Part shown: piece by piece, positions 12,401-33,370 of the stretch
Position numbering within the stretch: position 1 is the first letter of the stretch
Layout: every line of letters starts with the position of its first letter
NCBI GenBank assembly: GCA_951804945.1
Contig: OX638158.1
Coordinates: 32,364,001-32,428,000, forward strand
Origin: Podarcis cretensis
Taxonomy: Eukaryota
Length of the DNA stretch: 64,000 nt
Direction of reading: 5' to 3'
Position numbers and translations under genes: made by a program
Notes under the pieces: model-generated
Seen by the model: the letters and a program-made list of their open reading frames with translations, nothing else
Told to the model about the DNA's origin: nothing
The model's database searches: none

Positions 12401-13899
12401 GGTTTCACCTTGATCTTGATTTTATATAGACGCACAAAATGCAAAATGAATTATTTGCTCTGTGTTGGTAAGAGAGAGAAAAAATATTTTTATAGATTCG
12501 TTTTTTAGTTAGCACCACAAACTCTTCTCATGTTATCTAGTAGCTACTATACAAGTTCAGTCTTGCAACGTTTTATATATATATATTTTGGATTATCTGA
12601 AACAATCTTTTTAAAAATGGTCAAAGAGATCTGCACATATTTGCCACACATTCTGAAAAGCTCTCAGTTTGCAGATATTTGGGGAAACTGGAATAGTATG
12701 CACCTAGATTTTACCCAAGAGTTGACCCATTGAAATTAATTAAGGTTCATTTTAGTGGATCTACTCTGAGTCCAAGTTAGCTGAATACCAACCCCGGTAG
12801 TTGCAAATTGAGGTTGTTGGGGGTTTTTTTTGGTCAAGTTGCGCATATAAAAAACAATACCCTAGGAGGGCCTAGAATAGAAAGGCCCTGAATCTAGACA
12901 TAACCTTGTATCTCTCTGGAATCCAATACCATTTATCACAGATGCCAGAGGAGGAATATCTGGATGTTGTTTTTGAAAGAGGTCACTTGCATGGATAATA
13001 AGTAATAAAGGGTTGAGGTTGGTTTTGACAGCTTCTTTAGTATACATGTTAAATCACATATCTTTCTACAGAAGTAAATTGAGGCATGAAGAAGCTCAGT
13101 TACTACTGCCATCACTACCACAAACTCCAAGGCCTTGCTCGTTACTGTGTTGGATGATTTTGGAACATGAGTTTGCTTGCAGATTAAGTTTTTGAGGAGG
13201 ATGAATCTGCAAAGCCCCCGAATCGGTTGCTGTAACTGCTGTGCTCTCTCTCACACACCTTCCACTACATGAATGACTTTTCCTATGGCATATTGCATTA
13301 AACTAGTTTTTTTCCAAATTTGTCAACTTAAACGATAGTGTCTCTTTTAGTTCTCTGATAGTGACTATAGTGTGGCATTTGTTTTGATCTTGTTATTTAC
13401 TTGCAATGGAGCTGGCTTCTAGTGTTTGTAGGATTGCAGCCTTAAACCCTTAATTATACTTGTAACTGCATTAAACATTTACTTCCCATGAAATTTATGT
13501 TCAAGACACTCCTGCTATTCTTTACTGTTGAACTTGAACGCGACCTTTGCAACTCTCTTTATTACTTGTAGTTATGTCATTTGTCTCTTGAAGCCAATAC
13601 CAGTGATTCCATGTGGATCCTCTTACAGATTAACTATTGGATTTACTATTATTTAGCATTTGATAATCGCCCCGTAACACTGATCTCTGGACAATGTGCA
13701 ACAAAAAGTTACAAAATAATAAAATACAAATAATACAATATAAATGCAAAACATTCCCAAACAACACAGATTGTTTATAACCATTACACTCAAATTCACC
13801 TTGTCACCTGGAGAGCAGAAACCACCTCGTAAGAGCTAAAAACATAAGACCAAAGAGCAAGACAGCCCCAATAAATGTAGATGTCTACTAATAATATTA

Positions 13900-14220
13900 A
13901 TTAAGAATGAGAGGATGTTGAAAGACCTGGGAGAATAGAAGTTGGCTTTCCTTGGCACTGAAAAGCCATCAGCGTATGTGCCAGATGCGCCTCTTCTAGG
14001 CATAGTGTTTCATAATAGGGGGCCACTACTGAGAAGGCTCTTTTCCTCATCGCAATCTTGCACACTTCTGTTTGCGTTGGTGATTGTAGAAAGACCTTCA
14101 GTAATGATCTTTGGGCATGGGCTTGTATGTATGGGAAAAGGCATTCATGTAGATCCGAAGGTTTTATGTTATGCAGAATTTCAAAGGTCAAACGCAGCAC
14201 TTTGAATTAAGCCTGGAAGC
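13900..14220 (-). mobile_element. L2 LINE 3' fragment
   Basis: Minus-strand frame ...PYIQAHAQRS...RAFSVVAP... typical of the L2 ORF2 C-terminus. Confidence 0.65.
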
Positions 14221-14472
14221 GGATTGTCCCACCCTCTGTTGAGGAAACTACACCTCTTACTGTCTTGTTATATTTGCCTCCACTCTTTATCCTTTTCTAC
14301 TTCATGTCTCGTCTCCATGGCTGCACAACGAATGGAACTTGCTTCTGACACTGAGCTTCTTCACCTGGTGCTAGTTTGATTACATATTGTAAGAACACAA
14401 TATTATAAGAGAAGAATGTGGTGCTCAAGTCGCAACCATGTGTGTCCCTGAGGCTCATAGTATGCCTTATCC

Positions 14473-14608
14473 CAGGCATCCCCAACCTTCGGCCCTCCAG
14501 ATGTTTTGGACTACAATTCCCATCATCCCTGACCACTGGTCCTGTTAGCTATGGATCATGGGAGTTGTAGACCAAAACATCTGGAGGGCCGCAGGTTGGG
14601 GATGCTTG
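14473..14608. mobile_element. Palindromic hAT MITE
   Basis: CAGGCATCCCCAACC...GGTTGGGGATGCTTG, perfect 8-bp TSD ccttatcc (14465-14472 / 14609-14616). Confidence 0.9.
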
Positions 14609-15008
14609 CCTTATCCCAATCCCTAGACTAAGGCTGTGGTCTAATAAACACTCACCTAGGAGTAAGTCCCATTCAAACTCAATGGAGATTACTTATGAGA
14701 AGGCATATACAAGATTGCAATGTGATAGTGCTATATTCACTATGCTACCTTCCTGCCTATTTTGGGCAGTATATTCAGGGGTATCCAGTATTGTGGCCTC
14801 AGTCTGTTCTTAGACTGTTGCTCTCATCAGCCAGAGCCAGCACAGCGAAAGGTGAATTATGATGGGGACTGCAGCCCAACAATATTTGGAGGGCATCATA
14901 TTAGTTACCCTTCATATAGCCCTTTGGAGAGTTTTGGTTTTGCTCTTTGGCTTTTGTGTGTAGGTGCACCTGCCATGTTGCTAATATGCTTATGATATGA
15001 TATGATAT

Positions 15009-15068
15009 ATATTATATTATATTATATTATATTATATTATATTATATTATATTATATTATATTATATT
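15009..15068. repeat. (ATATT)n microsatellite
   Basis: About 12 pentamer units. Confidence 0.95.
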
Positions 15069-16688
15069 CTGCCTCTCATCCTGGATATGTGGTATGCTGC
15101 TAATATAGAATAGCATGCCTGGATCCTACCAGTGGCTGCCTGCTGAATACTGCAGAAAGAAGCAGAATCCAAAGTGATTTTTTTTACAGTGCTTCAGTTT
15201 AATGTTTGCAAATGACAAGATATTTTTTTACAGATATGATTCTGGATTTGCTCCAGTAAATGAATTCTCAGACATATTTTTCAGTGTGTGAAGCAGATTG
15301 TTGTTATAAAACATGCTGCTGCTTCTGTAGTTGGATATTAAATCTTGTATACAATTGCTGTGTCTTGATATTCTCCTCCCATATATTCCCCTCCCAGGGA
15401 CCCTTTCCAGATCTGCAGGGAACACTGAGCATTTAATGCACCCCCAAAGGATGCCCCCATGATGCTCATCTTTGCTTCTCTTGTGTTCTTTGCATTTGTG
15501 TTGGGAAAGGAGGCTGCAAAAGATAAGGGCACTTGATGGTGCTTTCTCAAATCCTTCGTAACCTATATTCTGACAGGTTTATGTCCTACTTTTGTGTTGC
15601 TCACCGCTTCCTAATTGATAGAATAGCAGTGTGCAGATGACAGTCCGATAGCTGAGCTTTTCAGAATGCCCCCGGGGGTAAACGCAAATAAATTGGATGT
15701 TTACCCTCTGAGCACTGGGAAGCGATGACTCTTCTCTCCTCCACCCCCAGATTGTTGAAATAGAAGCTTTTCTCTTCTAGCTCTGCCCAACCCAACTTGT
15801 AAAAGGTTCTGTGGAAACCTTCAGGTGCACAGAGGGCTCCGCAAATTCTTAATTCATCTTCAGAACAACTCTTTGGTATCATTTTTTAGGCCGAGAGAAA
15901 GTGCTTATGCCCAAGGCTGCCCAATAAGCTTCATGGCGAAGCAGGGTATTTGAACCTATATCTCCCCGGATCCAAACCTGGTAGGGGTTGGTGAGTGAAT
16001 CTCCACCTGAGATCCAGCTTGTCTCCTGGGAAAACCTCAGCAGTGCCAAGAGAGCCCCTGCTGCTCCACAAGTTACTTTGAGCATCAGGTCGCCTGCCTG
16101 CTGCAGCAAATGGAATTCTAGTATTGTCCTGCAGTGCATAGGAGAAGCGAGTAGGCGAAGACATGGATTGCAGCAGGGAGCTTAGGTGGGAGGCATAATG
16201 GCCACCAGAACTTGCTCACGCTGGCTTTTGAGCTTTCAAAATGAAGGTGTATAATATAAGCCTTATAAAACAAAGGCCAGCTAATCTGCAGCACCACATT
16301 TTTGCATTGGCAGGGCCTAGTATTAGCACGATACATAGCCTTAATATTTAGGTTGCTGGGTTCAGACTTGTCCCACTGAACAGGGCGGGACTCAGTTCTG
16401 AGTAAATACTCATAGGATTGTGATGCACAGTCAGGATTCTGAAGCACTGTTTGCATTGCACGATGGAAATTGCGAATGCCAAGCAAAGCAAATAGACTTG
16501 AATATCTCGTTCATTGTTCCTGGCATCCTTGATGGCATCTTGTTCATTGTACAGGCAGAACCTGAAGAGGTCAATTGAACAAAAGTTTTTTTGGCTAAGC
16601 TGCTGAATGGAGAGGTCTAGTACCTGACCGTTGCCCATTTTGTCAGTTTTGTATGAATATGTACACTGGTAAACAGCATTTCCACACA

Positions 16689-16855
16689 CTGCTCTGGTTC
16701 GCCAGAAGCGGCTTAGTCATGCTAGCCACATGACCCGGACAAACTGTCTGTGGACAAACGACAGTTCCCTCAGCCTATAGAGCGAGATGAGCGTGCAACC
16801 CCAGAGTTGTCCGCAACTGGACCTAACGGTCAGCGGTACCTTTACCTTTTACCTT
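16689..16855 (+). mobile_element. Sauria SINE, 5'-truncated
   Basis: gccagaagcggcttagtcatgct..ccacatgacccgga core and (ACCTTT)n tail; similar to the copies at 28046, 43004 and 57155. Confidence 0.85.
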
Positions 16856-18139
16856 GTATTACACACTTGAATCCATTACAGTCAGAGGAATTATTGGAAT
16901 GCTTAAGATTTAAACACATATGCATTTTCTTTGCAACATTTGGTTCAATGCATGATGACACTGGGCTGGTAATTTAATTTTCTGCTCTTAATCATGCAGC
17001 TATAGTTCACCTGCCTCCTTTAAAAGTATTTTCAGTTCTTCTTAAGAAGTTTAAATTATATTGGAATTAGGTTTTATTCTCCTTTATTTGTTAAAACCGG
17101 CTAAGAGAAGCCAATGTTCTTGGAGGAGCCCCCCTTCTGCCGCCGCCCCTGTATGTGGAATTATGAGAACTGGAAAAAAGGAAAAGGCTTTATTGGAGCA
17201 GGGTTATATATAAATGTTGAAAGCTTCAAGATGAAAGGCTGGTGTGTCTTTCTCTTTCAGCCCTGTTTTATTTTGTACGGATAATGGTTAGGAAGCCATA
17301 GGAAAATTGGTGAACCAGAAAGCCTGGCAGCAAACTGCAATTCCTCTAACCCTCCAATTAAGAGCAGCAAGCTGCTCTGATTTCCATTAGCCCCTCTCGT
17401 GGAGCGGGTCTAACTTCTCTGTATGTAGTCATTTGCTGTCTTGTTCGCTGAGGCAGGACTGAGCATGGCTCTCTAGTGGAATATTTATGTGTCACATTTA
17501 CCCTGTGCTAAAGAGTAAAGATGATATAGTGGTGGTTGTGGTGGTCGTAGTAGTACTGTCAATTGCCACCACTTCATTTTCCTCATGGTTTAAGTCTTGG
17601 CAGATATCTTCTATTATATCACCTTTCCTTCTGTCTCATGGAAGCTACTGGTGGCATGTACATCTGTCGCTGTATACAACATTTTCAGCTTCTGCTCTCA
17701 TAAAGGAAAATAGCCCTGCTGGTAAATGCCACAGTCCCACCCCAAATTAGAAAGGTATCTCTGATCAATTTCAGCGTTGCACCGATAACATGACTGGAAA
17801 ATATCTGTGGATGGGCCGCAGCTGTGCTGTGATGGACTGAAATAGGTTGGATTTCTGAAACAGAAGTACTGAACCAAAGTAAAGATTGGGGTGTGGGGAG
17901 ATCAGAAAAGGAAATAGCAATCAATAATCATAACATCTGGAAAACAAAACTGGATAGCAAAAACATTTTAAGAGCTTGCTTCCTTGGAACCAAGTCCCTT
18001 TGTGTTCAGTGGCACTTGCTCCTAGGAAAGTATTAATAGGAGTGCACTTTCTATTATTTTTGTTAGTTGAATAATTGTATGACTTCAATTGTTGATTTAT
18101 TTATTTATTTATTGCATCTTACTGTTTTCTGTATATACT

Positions 18140-18845
18140 ATTCAGGGTCACTGAAACAAAGAGAGATTGTGAAGAGCTCCAAAATGACCTTGTCAAACTG
18201 AGTGAAGCGGGAGATAGTAGCAAATGCAATTCATAGAATGGTAGAGTTGGACAGGACTTACTTTATTCCAGCAGGCCTTTTAATGGTAGTTTAATTTTAT
18301 AGCTTTCTTCACTGATTCTCATCAGTTGTATTGTATCTTTGTAAACAACTTAGTCTGTTGTAGCTAAATGGTATGTAAGTTGCTTAAGTAAACCAGAAAT
18401 AAAGTTTATAAAATGCGTGGCACAGAGAAAAGCTTTTCTCCCTCTGTTCCCAACACTTGAACTCGTGGCTATCCGATAAAGCCGAACGTTGGAAGATTCA
18501 GGAACGATAAATGAAAGCACTACTACAGCTAATACTACTTCATAGCTGAACTTTGGAATGTGCTCCCACCAGGGGAGATGATGGCCACCAACTTGCAAAA
18601 TACAAATTTATGGAGGAGAGGGCTATTGGTGATGGCTATTAGCTATGATGACTATGTTCCGCCTCTGTGGTTGGAGGCAGTAATGCTTTTGAGTTCCACT
18701 TGCTGGAAACCACAAGAGGGCAGAGTGCTCCTTGTGCTCATGTTCCCATTTGTGGGATTCCCATAGGTATCTGGCTGGCCACTGTGAGAACAGGTTGCTG
18801 GATTAACTGGGCCAATTGGCCTGATCCAGGAAGCTCTTCTTATGC
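18140..18845 (+). mobile_element. CR1 LINE fragments (RT-region piece and 3' end), degenerate
   Basis: gattgtgaagagctccaaaatgacctt... and agagaaaagcttttctccctc...ggcctgatccag...tcttatg resemble CR1 ORF2 and 3' sequence. Confidence 0.5.
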
Positions 18846-21800
18846 TGTTGTGTACTGCCCTGAAAACTTCATTGATCATCATCCACATCATCCTCCTCAT
18901 CATCATCTTCCATGGAAATATTGCCTCTGACAGCTGAGACAGAACATAGCCATCAAGCCTAGTAGCCATTGGTTGCTGTAAGGCTATCCTAAATTCCTGA
19001 CAATGTCAAGAATACTGGTGCATCTTTGCATTACTTTACCAAACATGCTCTCTTGGAGGTAAAAATAGGAGCATGCTCTTATCTATGGCAAGTACCTGAG
19101 ATAAGCTTGTGCCACAGAATGCTCTTTACAGTATTTAATGCCGCTTAATGGATTTTTCGCCCCATCGGTGTGTGTAGCTTTCAGCCACTACAACTTGCTT
19201 TGATATTGCTCATGGAATAAAACCTATTATTTTCTCATTGTGAAAGTCCTTTTATGCACAGTGTAATTGGTACTTAACATTCACTTCACAGTCTGGACTG
19301 TAAGCTCCCAGTGGACCAACCGATCTCTCACTAGCCAGCTCCATCTGTTTCCAAATTTGTTTTGGAATCCCAGGAACAGACAGGAGGCGTCTTCCACCAC
19401 TGCGGGTGCTTACTTGGGAAAATATCTCAAATTCCTGGGCGCCACATATAATAAAACTTTATAAATCAAGAGCTTTTCCAAATTCTAGCACCAACTGTTT
19501 AAGTATCTAAATGACCAGATGTTTACAGTTCCAGTCTGGATGGTTTTCATTTGCATTTGCCTCTTTGCTTGCATAATACCTGTTTGTTGCTTTTGTTTAT
19601 GTCTTTATTGCATTTATATCCCATCTTCCCTCCAAGGAGCTCAGGGTGGTGTACATACCTTTCCTCATTCCTATTTTATCCTCACAAGATTTTTAAAATG
19701 TGGGTTGTAAAACTAGTTCTTACATTAGAATTTACAGTTTGTGGAGAATATTCCCCAGAGAATTTTCTAGCAGAGTATATTTTCTAGAATATTCTAGAAT
19801 ATGTCTCCTGTAAAAGGTTGATGAGACTGGACTTTCTCTTGAAATCCATCAATGTAGATTTTTATTGCTGAAGCAGAAACTGTTACCCAAGGTTTCAGTT
19901 TTTGGGATGTGGAAGTGAAGGGATCCCATGTCACTAAATTTAGGTTGGCCCCACAGGTTTTAATATATTTGAGCTTGTGTGTGGTAAAGTTTGCCTTTAG
20001 GGAAAACATTGGTATTGATAGGTGGACTCTTCCTCAACAATTTTAATTTGTGTTGCAGATAAACTCAACTGAGAAGAACACAATTGTGATGTTGCTGAAG
20101 AAGATTCATAGAAAAAAAATTTCTGGATGATCATTGACTGACAGCTTTGCCTGATGTGGTTTAGTGAGCATCACAATAGCCAGAACAAGTTGTTCTACTT
20201 TCCTTTATTTGAATTACCAGGTAGAGGTCTTTGTTTTGTTTTTGTCCTTAAATTAAGCTGTGCTCTGAGATGTGCTTGTACCTAAGTAGATTTTTAACCA
20301 GTAATAAAAGTCTGCTGTTGTCATACTCCCAGTTTCTTTTATAGTAAATCTTTTAAAAAGATAACTATAAGTCTATATTACTCTGGGCAAACACTCTTTC
20401 TTTATAATGGTAGGGTATACCTAATATAATTTTCTCAATAGTAATTGCATGGGTGGAACCAATCTTAAATATCTTGAATAAATTTACATAGGAAAAATGT
20501 CTACAGATAATGAAAACATGTTCTCTGTAGGCGCACCTGTCTCCTGAGGTATAAGCTCTTTATACTCCAAAGCATGTTGTGTTCAAAACACACAACTTAA
20601 TTAGGATTCTTACTGCAGTCTATAATTCCCTCTTTGTCAATGCAGGTGGCAGCTGTTTTGTGGACAAGTCAAAGCCTATTTGGATTTATTTCCATGAATA
20701 GGTAACTCTGATCCCCATATAACTGATAAAACTGTAGCATTCCATGTAATTGGAAATCTTGCCATTTTTAAACAATAAAGGCATATTGCCTTGCTGGTAT
20801 TTTTGTAAATTGCCATCTACATGTAGGAACCATTTTCCTTAATGTTATTGGGCAGGGGTGGCCAAATTCATAAGCCCGGAAGGGGAGGGTGAGAGTACTG
20901 GAAGTGTGTTTTAACTGGGTCTGTTTGTGCCTGCCATCCACCCTTCCAATTCCCCTTCCTCGCCCACCTCCTTCCTGTCTGGCTTGCTCTCCTGATTTAC
21001 CAGCCACCACCTCTGCTCCTAGGGGAATCTTCTTCCCCAGGGATGGGGTCAGGACATCCTTGACACCCCCTCCCTCTCTGTGGTGTCAGGTGGCCCCACA
21101 GCGGCTTTGGGTGAGGACCCTCCTCAAAATCACTGCTTGGACTATTCTCATTCCTCAAATTGAGACTGGGGCCCAGTGGCAGTATGTCAGGCTCCTCCTT
21201 TACATCATTGCCCAAACTGCTGCTACCTCCCATCCTGGGGTTATCATCTTCTTCCTCCTCTTGACACACTCTGCCAATCACACCCCGCCCCCAGCAGAGT
21301 CATGGAGATCACAACACTTGGTAGCAAGTTTAGTACTTAGGCAGTAATGTGGAAACACACAGCCCTACTTCAAGTGGGGCCAATTCACATTAGGAAATAA
21401 ATCCTATTGATATCTTATATATCACATTTTTTGTCCTTTTCTGTTCTGACTAAATGTTTCTGAGATAATCCCTCAACCATGTTTTTGTGTGTTATTTTAA
21501 TCTGAATGTAGGAAGACAGATGAACCATCAAAGATTTAAAAAGGTGGTTAGAGATGGAGTCATTGCACCATTTTTTGACTTCATTTCAGACCACTTTGAT
21601 TTGCGTTCGTCACAACATTCAACATGTCATGGAACCGTCTAGACACAATGCGGCACATTTCTGTAATGTACATTATGTACTGGATTATCTTTTCAGTTAG
21701 GGAATAGCACTGTACTCTCATAGCCTAGTCTTCCATTAACATTCATCTGGCAGCAATTCCTGTTGAACGCTAATCAGGTTTCTCTTACTGCATGAAACAA

Positions 21801-23329
21801 CTTCTTACAGAATTGACTCAGGCTTCCTCCTGTTCAGACTTCCTGGCCTAAGAGGATGCTTCATGTTCTGTCACCGTTGATGACTAAGCAGTCTGAACCA
21901 GTAGCAACACATTTAATGGATTATCTCACCATCAAGGTTGCGGTTTTGAAGACAATCATTTCAGTGAGAAAAGTGTATGGAAATGATTGTGCTTCATTGT
22001 GTTCTGCGATTCTTGATGGTGCATAAGGACTGCCTTGCATTAAGGCCTATTTTGGAATTACTACCATATTCATTTCACATTAAGCAAACCACAGTTTTGT
22101 CAATCATCTTTTCAAATCCTTCAGATGAGCAGAAGTGTGAATTGCATTCATTAGATGTCCATACGGCCATTTGATTTTTACTTGCATTGCACTTGTGAGT
22201 TTAGAAAAAGAGGTGCTAAATTTCATTGACTGTTCAAGAAGGAGTAGAGCTTTTTGAGCTTCTTCCCAGACCCTTGCTAGGTTTATTATTTCTGGAGATT
22301 CACACATCCTCCACAAGAAGCTCAGCCATCTTCAGCACTGCAGACATGCGTCTCAGTTGCAGCTGTCTGCATGCCAGCCAAGTGGAAGTGGCCTCATGAT
22401 GTTTTCTCTGGCAGAATGCAGTGACCATTGAGGGCAGAAATTAAACCAGGGTTGGAAGAGCAGTGTTGCAGGGTGATGGACTTCTATTCCCTCTGCTCAG
22501 TAGGGAAGGCTATAGTCCTCCCATTTGTGGGATTGCACACTTACTGGGAAACTGCTGTTGTGCAGTCACTTAGCCAGCCCACCCTCCCTGGTTTAAGGGC
22601 TGCAGATACCATTGTTGCACACCTGCAGCATTAGGAAGAAGCTGAACAGGTTTTTTGGTGGGCAGAACGCCAGTTAAAGGGAGGGATGGGAGAGCCTCAT
22701 GCTCAGAGTTCTAGGCGTCTCTGAGATTTGGCTTGTGTTCGTATGGGATTTGGCCAAAGAACAGCAGTTACCGGTAATCGCAATTTCTGTTTTACTATAT
22801 TGAGCCACTCATGGACTAGAAATTTCAAGCCTGTTTTTGTATATTGATCAGATTGTGGATGTGAGACCTGTGGTTTGGATTTGCACACAATGATGTTTGT
22901 GGCGATGCTGAAGCACAAGTAAATATCCTCATTGCCAGGGAAAACAGTAACTTTCAGATTGGCTGCAAGGCTGGTAAAGAAGTGGGTGGATTGGAGCATG
23001 CAGATAAAGCCAGGACATGGCCTGTGAAATGAGTACAGAGGTAGCCAATGTGGTGCCCTCTCAATGTAGTTGGGCGCCCACCTGTATGCTGAACCTCAGT
23101 CTTGAAACTTTGCCTATGAGAGAGAGGTTTACTGTTCATTTACTGCTAGTAGTGTCTGTTGCTTTAGCTCTTTGTTGTCTTCTCATACACATGGGGAGTT
23201 GCTTATGTTAATGAATATAAATTAGGTAGTGAGAGTGGAGAGGTTTCTGTGCTTTAACCTCAATCATTAGAATGATTAAAGTATTCTCCCTCCCCTTTCC
23301 CTCCTTCTTTCCATTCCAGGATTTTAAGG

Positions 23330-31118
<7,789 letters not shown>

Positions 31119-33046
31119 TGCCGCCACCTGCTCCTGTCGCCGTGACTTGCCCTGGGCGGGAGATGGAAGCTGCTGGGAAAGGCGCATCCCAGTCCCTTGG
31201 TGACCTCAGGAAAACGCCAGGATGTTGTGGTTTTGATTTGTAAGGTTTTGGAAGTTTGTTTCTTCTTTCAGCAAGACGTTGGCTAACGACTGGATTGAGC
31301 TGTGGGAAGCGCCCCAGGCAGAGATTGCGGTCTTTGAGCCCATCTTCCCTTACGGGAAGGCTTTTTCGAGTAACTGGAATGTACAGAGTTTGTCAGAGGC
31401 TGTTCCTCATGTCTCTGTGTATTTTTGTTTCATGTGGCTTTGCCAGTTTGTAACGCGTAGGGAGAGGGGCGGTGAAAGGGAAGTTCCTCTGGCTCATGCC
31501 ACCTCTGCAGTTCATAACACCAGAGGTTGTGAATTGTTGTGCAGTCAGAATGGTAAGGTAACACAGAGTTGCAAGATTAACTTGAGGGGGCAGCAGAATC
31601 ACCTTCAAAAAGTTAAGGGTTCTAAGAGTTATGGGTTAAGGACATCGATTCCTTGGGATTATTCACGCACTGACAGAATACTCCTTTTGAATGTACCTAG
31701 GATACGTCAAAGAGGTGCTGTTATTAAAATGCCGTAATAATCCACACTCCTTTCTGGTTCTATGGTGTCAAAGTCTTCCTCTTTTTCCACAAGGCTGTTA
31801 AACCATTTTTCTCATAAAAGAGGAGGAGGACGGGAATTAATGTGGTTAATTTTGGCTTGAGAAGATGAACAGCACGGTCGGGTCGTCATCAACGAGCATT
31901 TGCACTTGACAGTTTTGCCATATTGTACTGGTCTGCTGCAACAAAAAGAACAACGACTTTTGTGGCACTTTCAAGACTTAACACATTTATTGTTTGTCAT
32001 CAACGGTGCCACTACTGCACAATGGGAAATTACTGAAACATTCAAGGAGATGGGAGATTTCATTCCCCTTCTTTATGGCGAAGGGAACTTGTCTGCGCAT
32101 CTTTGTGAGGCACTAGAAGAGCTAGAGAGAAGTGATTATGTAAATTTCTTCAGCTCCTATTGTCCAGTGGGTACAGAGTGGAACTGCTGTGTCCATAATT
32201 GCTGACTCTTGACTGTTTCAGTACATCCCCACCCCTCAGTTAATGGTGCCGTTGCAATCTTGGTGATGACCTTTAATTTGAAATGTCAAGATGAAATACT
32301 CACTTGCCACTGTTCTTACTCTGCGGAAAAGCAGACAGTCTGTCAGTGTAGATTTTGTTCTCTCAGTTCTTCTTCTCTGCTTGCCTATCGATTGTGTCTT
32401 TATTACATGGTCAGTGAAATTTTGAGGGAATTGTCCTTCCCACCCAGTCTACTGCCTTATTGCTCCACAGGAACAAGCTGCCTTTTTTCTTGACTTTTCC
32501 AAGCATTCCATTTAGGTTTGCACCTGAATCTAAGTTCGTTTTGGATTCCAGCTGTACTGTACTTGCTCTCATAGTAAAGGCCAGCCCACAGTATGGTCAG
32601 TGTTCCCTTTTAATTCCTACTACCGATTTCTCCCTGGCCTGCTGACTTGTAGGCCTGTATACTGCAGGCATTCAGCATGAAGTCACTGTGCAGTTTGCCA
32701 CAGTGGGTAGCTCTTGTTCAAGACTGGGATAGATTTACACCAGCAAGATTATCTCCAAACACTGATTAACTGGAGTATTGTATTTCCCCTAAGTGTGATG
32801 GCCCCTCACTGTCATGAGTAGCGCTATAACTTGGCACACTACTTGTCAAGGTTGGTTTGGACCAATCTTGCCAGTGGTGGATTGTTTTGTGGGAAAGGAG
32901 GGTTGTGGGTTTTTTAAGGGGACATTTCAGTTTGACTTGCTGCCTTTGGGCTGTTTTACAAGGTTAGAGATGGTGACGACTTTTATTATCAAAATTACAT
33001 TTGCTTTGGTTTTGGATATGTATTTAAATGGACTTTGCTTTTCTTG

Positions 33047-33052
33047 AATAAA
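33047..33052 (+). terminator. Probable CCDC134 polyadenylation signal (3'UTR ~1.9 kb)
   Basis: AATAAA preceded by U-rich sequence, at the end of a repeat-poor stretch after the stop codon. Confidence 0.6.
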
Positions 33053-33144
33053 ACAGAAAATTGTAAAAAAAATATGCAAACATTTGTCACTGGCTTGTGA
33101 GGCATGGTTCTTGATAGCATGGGAAATACTTTTTACGATTGTCA

Positions 33145-33370
33145 ATGAAGACACTCAAACTCAGGACGCAAGGGAGAAACGTGCTAAGAGGAAGGCACGC
33201 TTGGCAAATCCACACCGTGATCAACTCCCGCCCGGAAACCAATGTCCCCACTGTGGAAGGACGTGTGGATCCAGAATTGGCCTCTACGGTCACTTACGGA
33301 CTCATTGTTAAAACCGTGTTTATGGAAGACAATCTTACTCGGCTATGAGTGATCGCCAAAGAAGAAAAGA
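33145..33370 (+). mobile_element. RTE-clade LINE 3' fragment
   Basis: Encodes EKRAKRKAR...CPHCGRTCGSRIGLYGHLRTH* (C-terminal CCHH finger) plus a GAA-rich tail. Confidence 0.8.

Noticed and set aside
20889-21347. 152-aa (+) and acidic 94-aa (-) ORFs
   Set aside because: Likely a decayed LTR-like repeat (minus strand begins TGTCA at 21266); no coding hallmarks, and the family is too uncertain to list as a feature.
33084-33311. ORF with a C2H2-like zinc finger
   Set aside because: It is the C-terminal remnant of an RTE LINE, with a second copy at 35460-35700, not a host gene.
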